From Eledone cirrhosa (taxonomy: Eukaryota), in the NCBI GenBank assembly GCA_964016885.1, contig OZ024751.1:52576001-52640000 (forward strand): a stretch of 64,000 nt of DNA, written 5' to 3'. Below the pieces are notes generated by a model. That model did not search any database, was not told where the DNA came from, and was given only the letters and a program-made list of their open reading frames with translations. This document shows, piece by piece, positions 1 to 13,153 of the stretch (position 1 is its first letter; each line of letters starts with the position of its first letter). Both the position numbers and the translations under genes were made by a program.

Positions 1-1
1 C

Positions 2-1719
2 ACGCCTACCAAAAAAAGCGAGAAAGAGGGAACAACAATTCAAACTGTTGAACAGCCCCTCCTCTCGAATGTAAAAAAGAATATTAATTCGAATGAAAAC
101 CTAAATTTTGAAGAAAAAAATAACAAGAAAATAAACACCACAAAAGATGAAACCAACAACATTGCAACAACAAGCAACAAAGACAACAAAATTTCTTTTG
201 CCCAAACGGTCAGGAAAGCTATCGAGTACAAGCCAATAGACATCAAAAACGCTAAGCAGAACTTGCTAAATGCCAGAAAATACATATCTTTTGGGGAGGA
301 TGGTTCTTTTACGATCAACTCCCCAGAAGAAGTTCGCCAACAGGTATATAGGAATACCATAACCTTCAGGACGATATCCAACACAACAAGAAAGCCAGCT
401 TAATTGACAGAAAGTCAAATTGAGCTGGTGCTGAAAGACATTAAAGAAAACATACTCTTTATTGAAAGAGGAAAGCTGTATGCCAGCATTATGGTCCGAA
501 TGAAGGACGAAATGCTGGCTCAAAAATGCTCGGTGGCACCTATAGTGTTACCACAATACACCTTCTTCCCCACGTATAAAGGAAGCAGAACTCAGAGACT
601 AAGAATGTGGAGTCCAACGCCAGAAGTTAACATCTGGTCCGTCCTGACAGGATTTACGGACCTAGAAAAGGACATCCTTATATCAGCAGGGGAGTCCACC
701 AGTGGACTGTTCGGGGGGGAAAAGTCTGGAGGTTCTCTTACAGATGACACCTGAGAGAATCGCCGGAATACCCGACCGAGGCCTACTGGATGGGCGAACC
801 TTTATCAATATTACGGTGGAAGGCAGGAGACCCTCATGTTACCACTGCGTTGGCAGAAGTCACCCGAGGACGGCCTGCCCTCTACTAACAACAAAAAAAC
901 CACTGCTACAAACACCACAACAACAACAAAAACAACCAGCACCACCACCACAAAAACAACAAAATACACTACCATCACCACCACAACGACAACAAAAACC
1001 AACACCACCACCTCCACCTCCACCACCACCACAACAACAACAACATCAACTACAGCTCAAGAAAACAACCCAAAACACGGTCCCACCCAGCCCCTCCCCA
1101 CAGAACACAAATACAAAAACACACGCAGTTCATACACAACCCGGAAATATACCCCTCCCCTCCAATACGGAAGAGGAACTCATATCGTCGGAAGACGAGG
1201 GGGCTCCTTTCCAAAAAGTGAAAAGAAAAAAACGTACACACACCACACAAACAAAAATAGCCCCACCTGACAACACAACACAGACAACAAAACGCAAGCT
1301 CACTCAAGAACAACAAACAAAAACAAACACAACACAAAAACTCTACACATACATAAACGAAAACAATAAAAACCTAACAGACAAAATAGAAAACAGCCCT
1401 TTGGTACAAACCGAAGGGCCGAATTTTGCAACGGCAATGGGACTCCCTAACCTGTATGGTGAAAGTCCCACTTGACATTTTCAAAACTTTAAAAAACATT
1501 TACCCTGAGGACGTTGGGCCACCCTGCACCAGGCCACTCAACCGCGTCTTCCTGAAAGGTTTTCCCTTCCCCTCCTCAAACACCCACACAACTCCAAACA
1601 CCCCAACCCCTCCACACACTAATACCCCCACACCACCCCAAACCACCACCCCACCCAACAACCCCTCCACCAGCCCCATGGAAACTGAGCAGCCCGGACC
1701 CCGGGACGCAGAGAGGTAA
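2..1719 (+). pseudogene. ORF1 (gag-like nucleic-acid chaperone) of the L1/Tx1 element, disrupted
   Basis: Frame open from base 2 (..KISFAQTVRK..), stop at 401-403, then pieces 404-754, 702-1475 and 1426-1719. Contains the CX2CX4HX4C knuckle CYHCVGRSHPRTAC, a Pro/Gln/Thr-rich linker and basic FQKVKRKKR. Confidence 0.8.
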
Positions 1720-1742
1720 GTGCCTCTTTCTTTGCCACCAGC

Positions 1743-4700
1743 ATGGCTGTGTTAAGAGTAGGTTGTCTAAATGCGCGTGGCCTGGGCTCACCTTGGAAGC
1801 AAGCTAAACTTCTAAATGACCTCGGGTCACAATGTATAAATGTGATGGTTATTTGCGAGGCCCGGATCAGCAGCGTGCGACATCTATGCCCCCACCTTTG
1901 ATGACTTTGAGATGCACGCATTTCTCTGTCAGCCCGGAGGTGGGGGTGGGGTTGTCGTTCTGCTGCAAAAACATCTGGGTCTCGCTACACAGACGGTACA
2001 CTTGGATCCGGAGGGTCGACTCGTGGTTCTGGACCTTGGCAATGGTGAAGGCGAAGCTTTTAGGCTTGTCGCCGTATACGCCCCTTTTGGGACAATGCGG
2101 TCGGACTTCTTCCATCGTCTGGAGACTTTTCTAGGGACGTCCCGCTCCTTGCTTTTAGTGGGGGACTGGAATGGTATCCTAGATGCACGTTGGGACTATG
2201 TAGGGGCATGTCCCAATAGAGGGGGGTGTAACAGCCTCAAGGGGTTAATCGGCCGATTTGACCTGGCCGATAGAATCCGACTAGATTTTCCGACTGTGCC
2301 AACCTGGACTTGGTCAAATAACAGTGGTCAATCTAGATCGTATTAAGGTTAGAATTAGGTTAGAATTAAGTTAGAATTAAGGATAGGGACTTTTTAAGTT
2401 GTCCAGAAATGCTCATGGTGGGCTATTCAGACCACAAGTTAGTGACCTGCGTAGTCCACCTTGATAGAACGCATAGGCAGGGACCCGGTTACTGGAAACT
2501 CAACTTGTCCTTACCGGCAAGTAGAGCTTACAGGAACCGGATTAGAACCTTAGTTAAGGAGCGGTTGACGGGCGCCATCGTCAACAGCAGGTGGTGGGGC
2601 TCTCTAAAAAGAGAGATTAGAGTAGTTTCAATAGGAGTTAGTAAGGAGTTAGCCTCAGATAGAAATAGGAAGGAAAGGGAGTTGGTAGTTAATGTTGAAG
2701 AGGCAATGAGAAGCGGCAACGTGGCCAGAGTGCAAGCGTCGAGAACGGCCTTGAACCAGTTCTTCGACGCGAAACACGAAGGCTGCGTTGTCCGAAGCAA
2801 AATACGTGCTCTGGGAAACGAGGGGACCAAAACTGTTAGCTGGGCCCGCGTGACAGAAGCGAAAAGTGGGATTAAATCCACTATCCGTCTTTGCGAGACC
2901 AGGATGGACGGGTGATCCTTGAACCTAAGCAAATGTGCGAGGCCTTTCAAAGGCACTTTGCCCGATTGTTCGGGAGGGGCGGGGGGCCGGTTGGAGATGT
3001 GGATTTCGGTCCATACCTCGACGGCCTGCCGCGTATTTCGGACAAGGAGGCGAGGTCCTGCGACGGGCCGATCTCAGCTGCTGAAATAGGGGACGTGCTG
3101 AGCCTATGCGGCAAACGCAAATCTCCAGGGCTCGATGGTCTGCCCTACGAACTATATATTAATATGCCGGACTTGTTCCCCGATCTCCTCGAGGCGGTCT
3201 ACTGCAACTGGCAACAGAACGGGAGAATTCCCTGTTCTGTGACCAAGGGCGTAGTCTCGCTAGTGAGGAAGGACGAGAACAAGGGGGATGACATTAGTAA
3301 TTTTAGGCCCATAACTCTGCTAAATGGAGAGTTAAAGATTTTGGCCAAAGTTTTAGCGAAGAGGTTGGCGCTTGTCGTGGGGGGCCTGGTGGGAGATGCG
3401 CAGACATGCGCTATACCGTCCAGGTCCATCAACGACAACCTCCACCTCATGCGATACATCATAGAGAGGGTTGGGAACGAACCCGGCTTTGGTGGGGCCC
3501 TGATAAATTTAGATCAGTCTAAAGCGTTCGATAGGGTGGTTACCTGGATGTGGTGCTAGAGGCGGCTGGGTTCGGACCCGTTTTCAGGGGCTGGATCACT
3601 GCCATGCACAGCAGCCGCATCTGCTCTAGAGTCAAGGTGAACGGCTACCTCTCGGAGCCGTTCGAAATCACCCGCTCCATCCGACAAGGGTGCCCTCTCT
3701 CCTCCCTTCTGTGTGTATTGGCTCTCGAGCCACTACTGCGGAAGTTGGAGTTGTTGCAGGGCATCCCTTTGGAACCGGGATTGCGCAAAGCGGTGTCGGC
3801 CTACGCCGATGACGTAACAGTTATGGTGTCGACCACCGCGGAAATCGAGGCAATCGGCACCTTACTGGAGGAGTACGAAAGGTTGACAGGGGCTAAGCTG
3901 AACCGGGACAAGTCAGTCGCTTTGCAGCTCGGCGAGTGGAGGGGCAAAGCGATGTCGTCCGACAGTATCGTCGGACGGTGGACGGAGAGCCCGGTGAAGT
4001 TGCTTGGGGTCTGGTTCGGACCGGACCTCCAGGTGGAGAAAAACTGGGGTGAGGTGACGAATAGGGTGTTTGCACTGACCCAGAAGTGGGCCGAGTGCAA
4101 ACTGTCCCTGAAAGGTCAGGCGGAGGTGGCGAATGCTTACATAGCGTCCGTCATCTATTACCGCTTGACTGTCGTGCCTTACCCGAGTGAGATCCTCGCC
4201 AAAATGGAGCGCGCCCTCTTTTATTTCCTTTGGAAGAAGAGGTCTCCTCTGGTGAGGAGATCCATCTGCTGTCAACACCCTTTGAAAGGAGGGCTGGGGA
4301 TGCCGTGGCTAAAAATGCGTAAACACGCATTGAGGCTAAGGCACCTCCAGGTATTCCTCACCGGTCAACCGGTGTGGGCCCCGTTTGTGAGGCGAGCCTT
4401 CCCGAGGCTCGTCTCGCTCACCGAGCTGCAGTCCTGGGTGAAGCAAAGACCGAGAAAACTGGGCGACTGGCACACCGAGTGTGCCCAGGCGCTCACGGCT
4501 CTCTGGCAGGCGGACCCGGCTATCGATGGAGACTCCACCTCGTCATTCTATAGAGGGCTGGTGGTTAGCAGGTGCGACGACGCCCTCGGAGAAACCCTAG
4601 GCATGGAGGAGGACGAACTGGCCAGTATATTCGGTAGGACTTTCGGCCCGGGACCTATGGACAACTTCCAGAAGTCCTTGGCCTGGCAGTGCTACCGAGG

Positions 4701-5184
4701 GGCTCTGCCCGTTCGGGATAAGCTCTACAGACACGGGCGCCCGGGTAGGGACCCCTCGAAAAAGATCTGTCCCAGATGCGTGCGCGACGAGGAAACCGTC
4801 GCGCAGGTATTGGTGCACTGCCCGGGCGTTGCCGATCTGTGGGGCTATGTCGAACAACTGCTGTCACGGGTGGGACCAATTAGGTTGACCACCGAGTCCA
4901 TTGTAACGATCAAGCCGCCTCCCCCCTTCAAAAATGAAGGAGAGGCGGTCTTCCTCTGTGTAATAGCCATGGCAAAAGCGGTTATATGGTGGACGCGTCT
5001 GAGAGGGCTGAGGTCAGACACCTTTCTCTCCGGCCAACAACTGGTCCTTTTCTTCCGATACCATTTCGGAAGAAGGATCAGGATGGAGAGAGAGGTGCTC
5101 CACTCCAGCCAGTTTTATGAAAGGTGGGTGAAAGTTGCGAGAATGGCCCGTGTGAATGGGCCTTCTCTCTACCTCAGCCTGTAG
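1743..5184 (+). pseudogene. ORF2 (APE endonuclease + reverse transcriptase) of the L1/Tx1 element, frameshifted
   Basis: ATG at 1743 gives MAVLRVGCLNARGL (APE start). APE motifs VYAP, GDWN, SDH; GPGYWKLN; RT motifs KSPGLDGLPYE, FRPITLLN, DQSKAFDRV, RQGCPLS, AYADD; KGGLG; C-terminal CPRC..ETVAQVLVHC. Breaks near 1880, 2345, 2890 and 3545. Confidence 0.93.
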
Positions 5185-5540
5185 GTGGAAAAGGAAGAAG
5201 GGAGCACCCTCTCTTTGTGCTCCCGTGGAGAAGGGTCGCACATTTTTTTCGGGGGTGTGTGTGACCCCAAAACGATCCCTCCCTATTGAGGACCTTCTTG
5301 TTAAAATTATACTTATTACATTTTTCTTACTCGATTTTTATGTAAACTCCCCCCACCCATGTACATGTCCCTTTTTTTTGTGCCCTAGTGGCAAATAAAC
5401 AGAAATTTGTCTGTCTGTCTCTCTCTCTCTCTCTGCTTGTCTGCCTGCCTGTCTGTCTGCCGATCAGAAGTTTAGCTATGTCCAGACCCAAGTACAATTT
5501 CTGATACTGAAGAATACGTCTATGAAACAGGCAATGTTTT

Positions 5541-5730
5541 GATGGATTGGCAGTGTCGGAAGAGGGTCGGACACCATGCTTTGCAGCATAGAGTTGCATC
5601 CCTTTACGGTCTGAGTTCAAATCCCGCCGTGGTTAACTTTGTGTTTCATCCTTACGGGGTCGATAAAATAAAATACCAGTAATGCACTGGTATAATTGCT
5701 GGCCTTGTGCCAAAAGTAGAAACAATTATT
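5541..5730 (+). mobile_element. tRNA-derived SINE (family A)
   Basis: A-box-like TGGCAGTGTCGG, B-box GAGTTCAAATCCC, conserved body TTTCATCCT..CGGGGTCGATAAAATAAA.TACCAGT and tail GGCCTTGTGCC; recurs many times in the window. Confidence 0.85.
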
Positions 5731-5946
5731 TCTAATACCACACACACACACATATATATACATACTGTATTTTTTGTTGAATCACCAATCTGCAGAACAG
5801 ATCGATACTGGAGTTATGTCCATAACTTCTATGGATGACCTTGAACCAATCCTCAGCGAAACGCGTGTCTCAGGTCGGTACACAATAAAAACTTAAATAG
5901 ATCTAAACAAAAATTCATTGTTTTTCTTATATATATATATATATAT

Positions 5947-6085
5947 AACAAAGAAGATGTGGTAAGGAACCAGATGGACGATAACGCACCAGAGTACTCG
6001 ATACTTAGGGTAGTAGAGTGGGTAATAGGAAAAGAGTCAGGACCACGACGCCGGAGCTCAGCCGTCGGAGTCCTGATTATTTTCC
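5947..6085. repeat. Short foldback repeat (probable PLE terminal-repeat remnant), TA-flanked
   Basis: Homologous to 6828-6944 and 19361-19551 (..GAGTACTC.ATACTTAGGGTAGTAGAGTGGGTAATAGGAAAAGAGTCAGGAC..) with a terminal inverted segment. Confidence 0.7.
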
Positions 6086-6117
<32 letters not shown>

Positions 6118-6152
6118 TTATGTGTGTGTGTGTGTAAGACAGGTAGATAGAT

Positions 6153-6342
6153 ATAATTGTTTCTACTTTTGGCACAAGGCCAGCAATTACCCAGTGCATT
6201 ACTGGTACTTTATTTTATCGACCCCGTAAGGATGAAAGGCAAAGTCAACCTCGGCGGGATTTGAACTCAGATCGTAAAGGGACGTAACTATGCTGGAAAG
6301 CATGGCGTCCGACTCTCTACCGATACTGCCAATCCACCGCCC
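6153..6342 (-). mobile_element. tRNA-derived SINE (family A), inverted relative to 5541-5730
   Basis: Reverse complement of the family A sequence (GGGATTTGAACTCAGA, TTTATCGACCCCG). Confidence 0.85.
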
Positions 6343-6827
6343 TTGATAGATAGATATAATATTAAACGATTCGGTGTTTTGAAGAGGAATGCAATTAACC
6401 GAATGTTTCCATTGGCCAGTTTTTCAATCAAGCGAAATCGATTACACACACACACGCAAGTGACCATATAAAGAGACATGCTCATTGGTTTATGCTCTGT
6501 TCCTCCCAGCCATCGACTATTTCAAACAGATCTTTGTATTTATCCAGCTTCTAGGAATGGACCAATAGACTCACCAACAGCACATTCCTACATCCTGCTT
6601 TAGTGCACAGATATTTCGAAAAGTCAACAATGTATGAGGCAGGAGAAGGAGGCGGCTGTTTTTGGTATGGTTGTATATTACCTGCATCTCATTTTGGTCT
6701 GTGGGCATCATCATCATCATGACGACGACGACGGCGGCGGCGGGGATGTGAATAAACATGTTTGTGTAGAATGCGCGATATATCTGTGTGTGTGTGTATA
6801 TTATATGTATATATATATCTATATAAA

Positions 6828-6943
6828 AAGTCAGGACCCCTGGGCCCGGTCCTGACTCTTTTCCTATTACCCACTCTACTACCCTAAGTATTGAGTACTC
6901 TGGTGCGTTATGGTCCACCTGGTATCTTACCACACCTTCTTTG

Positions 6944-6944
<1 letters not shown>
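6828..6944. repeat. Short foldback repeat, same family as 5947-6085
   Basis: AGTCAGGACC..GGTCCTGACT hairpin followed by the shared ~90-bp tail; flanked by (TA)n. Confidence 0.7.
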
Positions 6945-6987
<43 letters not shown>

Positions 6988-7054
6988 TTGTATGTATATT
7001 GTATATGCACGGTGGAACCTCGGTTCACGAACGCCTCTCACATCACAAATATAT

Positions 7055-7272
7055 CGGTTCACGGGCGATGCATTGTGTCCTTGAGCAAGATATTTCATTT
7101 CACGTTGCTCCAGTTTACTCAGCTGTGGAAATAAATTGCGATGTCACTAGTGCCAAGCTCCATCAGCCATTGCCTTTCCTTTGGATAACATCGGTGGCGT
7201 GGAGAGGGGAGACTGGTAAACATGGTCTTCCACAAACAACCTTACCCAGACTTGTCTCGGAGGGGAACTTTC
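7055..7272 (+). mobile_element. SINE (family B), 5'-truncated
   Basis: Conserved TGTGTCCTTGAGCAAGA..TTTCACGTTGCTCC segment shared with 23455-23580. Confidence 0.7.
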
Positions 7273-8002
7273 TAGGTGCAAATCCCATGGTAATTTACCC
7301 TTTATATATCAAATTTTTAAACTTTAGAAAACGTCGAGGAAATAAATTTATAAAAAGTCCAGACAGAAAATAACTGCAATTACAATCAGTTGCTATAAAA
7401 TAGCTTATAAACATCAGGTAAAGTCCCTTAGAAACGGAAATTAATGTTAACAGCAGCCGCTACGAAGTTTCAAACTCAGTATCTCCCAGATACCGGCTAG
7501 GTGTACTAATCATTGAGCTAAGGGACCCCTGGTAACATCTTACCGTCTACCAGTTGGTCAATGCGCAAGATTGTCATGTTGCGAACTCTTTAATCACACA
7601 CCCACAATATCTAAAAAACTTAAGCCAACGCGAGCATACATACACACACACACACACACTCACATAAATACATACATACACAAACACGCGAGCACACACC
7701 CACGTGTACCTCCTCTCCCAAACCCATTGTGTGAGTGTGTATATATATATTCATCATACACGATATATATATTAGTAATCGATTAATCTTAAAATCTGCT
7801 ATTAACATGAATATATCGGAGTTCATATGAACACTTCCCTATGTCGTCTAAATATGTTGGGTATCCATCCCTAGCTATTTTGCTGCTCATTAAAGACACG
7901 TGGAAGTTTAACAGAATACAAAATGGCGATTTATCAGTGTTGTCCTTTTTATGTATTTTTCGAATTATCGTGAAAAGGTTTACTTGAAAAAAAAAAAAAT
8001 TG

Positions 8003-8200
8003 ATTTTTAATTTAGACACAAGACCTACAGTTTGAGATGGAGGGGAAACGTTGATTATATCGACTCCAATGTATGACTGGTATTTCATTTTATCAACCCC
8101 AGAGAGGTGAAAGGTAAGGTTGACTTCGGCGGGATTTGAACTCAGAACGTAATGGATTGTAACTAATGCTGCTAATGAAACGTGCGTATTCGCACTGCCG
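8003..8200 (-). mobile_element. tRNA-derived SINE (family A)
   Basis: GGCGGGATTTGAACTCAGAACGTAA and TTTTATCAACCCC in reverse orientation. Confidence 0.75.
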
Positions 8201-8342
8201 GATTTACCATTGTGCTTAAGTGTGCTTAAGCACATGGCCCCCTTGGCTGGTGGGGGCATTTTCCTGCAAAAAAAATTTTTTTACGATGTATTAATTTCTT
8301 TAGGGCCCGAGTAAGGTTATGTAATTGTTGTAGTGATTGAAT

Positions 8343-8374
<32 letters not shown>

Positions 8375-8412
8375 TATAATTCAATTCATTCACTACAACA
8401 ATTACATAACCC

Positions 8413-8447
<35 letters not shown>

Positions 8448-8537
8448 CAGAAGGGATATTTAATTTGTTGGAAATCCAACAAATATAAATGTTTATAACT
8501 GATTCAGAGAACTCGACAGTTTTCTAGAGTAAATACT

Positions 8538-8837
8538 CAATGATATTAAATAAATGGAAACTATAGTTATAAAACCATATTTATTCTATTATATATATTT
8601 CAAAGGTATCAAAAAAAACTCTGGTACGCTTTCATCAGATAAAATATAAAGAGTGTTTTACCCAAAGAATATTCAACTGATAAGGTATGATTTTCCTTGG
8701 CTATGTCAAAATTTATAAAACACTCTTTGTATTTTATCGGATGAAAGCGTACCAAAGCTTTTTTGGTACCCTTGAAATATATATAATAGAATAAATATGG
8801 TTTTATAAATATAGTTTCCATTTATTTAATATCATTG
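8538..8837. repeat. Inverted pair of HHR-bearing PLE-type terminal repeats
   Basis: ~120-bp imperfect arms around a ~55-bp spacer. HHR motifs at 8582-8646 (-, CTGATGA..GAAATATATATA) and 8730-8793 (+, core variant CGGATGA). Homologous to 13154-13526. Confidence 0.8.
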
Positions 8838-8839
8838 TG

Positions 8840-8873
<34 letters not shown>

Positions 8874-9450
8874 ACACGTCAACTTTATATATATTTTACT
8901 AAGCTTGAACTACAACACACGCACGCACGCGCACACGCACACGCACGCGCGCACGGGGCCCCGAGGCTAAGCTCTTGGTGTTTCAACAGCTAGTTCCAGT
9001 ACACTCAAGTCTGGAACTAGCTGTGTGAAACGGCAAGAGCTCTACCGTCGGGTCCCGACTCTTCATAATATAACCGTGCTCTACCACCCCAAATATCGAG
9101 TACTCTCTCTCTATATGCGCGCGCACATACCAAAACGATTTGCGAATTTAAGATCTCTGTGTGTATTCAACTTACCGAAAGCTTAAAAAATATTCCAAAC
9201 GAAACGTTGATTAACATCAAAGAATCATGGAGACGACTTTGTTTTTTCCATCAATAGATACAGAAGTTTAATCTGTTATGTCTGTGGAAATATCGTATGT
9301 CAGACTAGTGAGAAAGCTGTGGTAAATAGATACGTAGGTCGGTGGGGATGTAACTAGGTAGGTGGGGAGATTGGTGAGTCGGTATGTATGTAGGTAGGTG
9401 CTATAGATGGGTTATTATTATTATTGTGGCCAATAAATGAAATCATTATG

Positions 9451-9655
9451 GGCCGGTAGATTGGCAGAATCGGTAGAGCGTCAGACGCCATGCTTTGCAG
9501 TATAGTTATGGCCGTTTACGTTCTGAGTTCAAATCTCGCCGAGGTTAGCTTTGCCTTTCATCCTTATGGGGTCTATAAAATAAAGTACAAGTAACGTACT
9601 GGGGTCGATTTAAATTACTGGCCTTGTGCCTATACTAGAAATCATTATTATTATT
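9451..9655 (+). mobile_element. tRNA-derived SINE (family A)
   Basis: TTGGCAGAATCGG A box, GAGTTCAAATC B box, family body and ATT-repeat tail. Confidence 0.85.
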
Positions 9656-9779
9656 ATCAGGTTGTTTAGAAATTAATACATATTTTTAAACATTAAGTCT
9701 AGTGAGACTTATCTCGGTCCAAAATAAACTTTATTGATCGAAATAAAAACCCTACACATTTTTGTCAACAAGATAAATG

Positions 9780-10075
9780 TTTATTTATTCCGGTGACATT
9801 CTAAAGATCTGGAGGCAATGAATTCTACCATTGAAGCAAACCTCTACAACAAATCTTCTTATCGTGGCAACAAGAGCCACAGCTACAAAGCTTGGCTAAA
9901 TGTGGTTCCGCCACAGCTGAACACGTTGCTGTCTTTTCTCATTAAACTCTGCCAAGTCTTACGCTGTGCAGGGGTGTTCCAGCAGGGGACTTAGCAGGAG
10001 GTGCTGCGTAGTCTTTTGTTCGATGCCGCAGTCACACACCAAGCCCCCATCCTTTAAATATCCCCATTTTGCAAG
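9780..10075 (-). mobile_element. 3' remnant of a LINE (RTE-X/I-like C-terminus)
   Basis: Minus-strand peptide KWGYLKDGGLVCDCGIEQKTTQHLLLSPLLEHPC resembles the WG..CxCG..QT..H...C C-terminal motif of such LINEs; AATAAA downstream. Confidence 0.55.
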
Positions 10076-10284
10076 ATTGACTTCTGTGACAATTTCCGTA
10101 ATGGCAATAGCAACAACAACAACAGTAATGGCAACAGCAACGAGAGCGACATCAACAACAACAATAAAATCAACAAGATCGTTGTCGACATCAAAACTGA
10201 TACCAACACGAACTAAACACAAAGTAATGTATTTTTTGTGTCAGCAACGAAAACTCTGACCATCAACAACATACAAACAATATC

Positions 10285-10495
10285 AAGTCAGTCCCTGATT
10301 TGTAAGCAGTGTTGGTCTTCCATAGAACCAGTCCCTGCTGCGTTGTATGCTATGAAAGCAATGTTAGTCTTCCATAGAGTTAGTCCCCCTTGAGTCATGT
10401 GTGCAACGTAAGCAATGTTGGTCTTCCATAGAGTTAGTCCTCCTTATGTTATGTCTGTCACGTAAGAAATATTAGTCTTCCATAGAATCAGTCTC
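10285..10495. repeat. Minisatellite, about 4 units of ~52 bp
   Basis: Repeated AGCAATGTT(G/A)GTCTTCCATAGA..(T/C)AGTCC. Confidence 0.8.
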
Positions 10496-11747
10496 TCTTT
10501 TCTTGACTCGAATTTATCCAACATCAATTCGCAATCTCCAGCGATTTGTGTACGTGTGTGCGGCGAATTATGTATATGAGAACTAATAATGTTGATAATA
10601 TTTCGGCCTCAGATTCCTTGTTTTTTAGCTCCAAGCCAGCAAGTCAGTTCTGGCAAAGTAGACCTCAGATCAAAGACGTTCCAGCCGGAACCATCACTGA
10701 TTTCCTTCCAAGCATATTGTATCTAGAACTACATAATTCAACATAATTTCGTAATTGTTTTTTTAAATGGTATAATATGATTTGAGATTTGGCTGCTAGT
10801 TCTAGCAGATCGAACGATTAGTAGAGGCGCTCTTGGCAGGTAAGGATAGTTAGAGGATGAGGGAGTTAAATCATTCATGCCTATCCGGTGGGTGAGGGTA
10901 TGTGGATAACTATTGTTGTTGGTGTTGTTCTTTAGTTCCATGAGCAGACCAATATTAAAAGTCATTCTAACCATCACTTTCGTGTCTTTTATTGGCATCT
11001 ACAACTACTACATTACTTAATATGCATTTTTATTATTTAAGACGGTAAGAGAAAAATTGGCCCGTGGAAATCTGTTGTTGTTAGTAGTGGTGGTGTTGGT
11101 GTTGGAGGTTTGTAACACAAGTCATTCACCAGTCCTGTGGTCAGAAGCATTTTCAGATTTGATCATCTCGTTTACATCATGTACATATATTCTAGATGTT
11201 CACGTGTCCTTTCTTTTTTAAGACGGTGGAATGTGATTGAAGAGAGATTTGGCTGCTATTTCTAACAGGCCAAACGACTACGTAGAGGATCTCCGGTTGG
11301 ATCGCGGGAAAAATCGAAAACCAAAACCAAACTATTGTTTGTTGAAGGAGATTTCCCAACAGTCTGCAGCGATTTGTGTGTGTGTGCGGCACATAAAATT
11401 GTTTGTGAGCCAATCGTGTTAATAATACCGAATTTTTTTTTTTTTGAGGGAAGTGGGTAGGATACGCATCGGTAGATAAGACGTATTCTTACTTTGAAGA
11501 AAAATATTTTTCTTTTAGACGTAAAACATTAATATTGGTATTAATTGGGTATAAAAATATGCTAAACTATGTTTGCCTATTTAAATATACTGCTATACTC
11601 TTACATGGATTGTGTATAGTACACACACACACACACGTATTGTATTCATATTTTCGGTGTATAGGACGCGGGTAGATTTTTGACGTTGATTTCTTGGGGG
11701 TTAAAAACTGCCTTATACACCAAAAAATACGGACAACGTATATTCGT

Positions 11748-11972
11748 TTCTAATAATTCTTTCTAACATTGACATAGGGCCAGTAATTTTGAGGGTGAAT
11801 GTAAAGTAGATTATATCGACCCCAGTACATAACTGGTACATTATTTTATCGACACTGGAAGGATGAAAGGTAAAAATTGACCACGGCAGAATTTTCATTC
11901 AGAACAGGGTCATAACTAAATGCCGCAAAGCATTTTGTCGGACGCTCTACCGATTCTGCCAATCCACTGCCC
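11748..11972 (-). mobile_element. tRNA-derived SINE (family A variant)
   Basis: GATTATATCGACCCCAGT, TTTTATCGAC, CGCAAAGCATTTTGTC..CTCTACCGATTCTGCCAAT. Confidence 0.8.
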
Positions 11973-12613
11973 TATGTTCATTTCTAATAATAATAGTAAT
12001 ATTGATAATAATTGCTAAAAATCACGCATGGCTAATGGTGGTATATCGACAATTGATTCTGCCTCAGTATATTGCTGGTATCATATTTATCGACGTTTTT
12101 CTTCAAAATAATCCCGTGTTTCGAATAATCATTTCTTTGTCAATGAATGTTAACAGCTTAGCTACACACACACACACAACTCGTGCTTCTGTGTCTGTGT
12201 GTCGGTGCAGTCGCGTGCACATGCTTGCTTCCCACCCCCTCCACTTCACGTCAAGTCGGTGAGAGAGAGAGAAAAAGAGGGAGCCACTGCAAAAGAAAGA
12301 GTAAGGAAGCACACTGCACTCTTGTTTTACATAACGCACACACACTAACACGCACACACACACACACACACATACATGTATATATAAGCACACATACATA
12401 CGTACAGAGAGGAGTCAGGTATTGCATTTGACATGGGAAGTAGTTGCTCAGTCGCGACAAACGATTCGCTCGGCCAAGATATGATGACGTCATTCTCTTT
12501 CCCATTATTAGGTGACAACCGTTACAAGCTCCTGGTTTTACAATGGGGGAAGGGAGGAGAAAGAGAGCGAGGGAGAGAGAGCGTGAGTGAGTGAGAGAAC
12601 CTTGACCATAATT

Positions 12614-12678
<65 letters not shown>

Positions 12679-13153
12679 TTGCTTATGAAGCATTGGGAAA
12701 TACGAAATTTGAAATGTGTGTCCCAACGTAAGTGATTATAATATTTATAGGGATCGTCAATTATTATGGTCATTTGCATTAGGAAACAAACATTCCGAAT
12801 TATATATATATAAACAAAAACTGCTGGTATATGACCAACGATGTCACCCATTTTTCTGGCGTGGGCTTTGTGAATCGTGACATACACCAAATCATCCGTC
12901 TTCGCCGTTTACATAATCTTTACAGTACATTTCCCTCACATGAAGTTTTAAATATTTGGATTTCTTTTATATATGTGTGTGAAAGAGAACGTGGCTTATG
13001 GTGTGAAGTGATGCATGGGAAGTGAGTACTGTCAAACTTTGCTTATATATATATATATATATATATGGAAAGTTATATTTAAATTGTTGGGTTAACAACG
13101 AGTAAATATTTATAACTGATATAAAAGCACTCAACAAGTATTTGGAGTATATT

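Larger units (their letters stand above)
1..5408 (+). mobile_element. L1/Tx1-clade non-LTR retrotransposon, 5' end outside window, inactivated by stops and frameshifts
   Basis: Two-ORF layout: ORF1 with zinc knuckle, ORF2 with APE, RT and C-terminal zinc motif. The 3' UTR ends at AATAAACAGAAATT, directly followed by (TCTG)n/(TC)n. Confidence 0.93.

Noticed and set aside
836-1270. Thr-rich mucin-like ORF
   Set aside because: Alternative frame of the CAA/CCA-rich linker in L1 ORF1.
2341-2382. TTAG-containing repeats resembling telomeric sequence
   Set aside because: Local ~11-bp tandem duplication (TTAGAATTA(A/G)G) disrupting ORF2, not a TTAGGG array.
10285-10495. Repeat-spacer pattern resembling a CRISPR array
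   Set aside because: Inter-repeat segments are mutually similar, the context is eukaryotic and there are no cas genes; it is a minisatellite.
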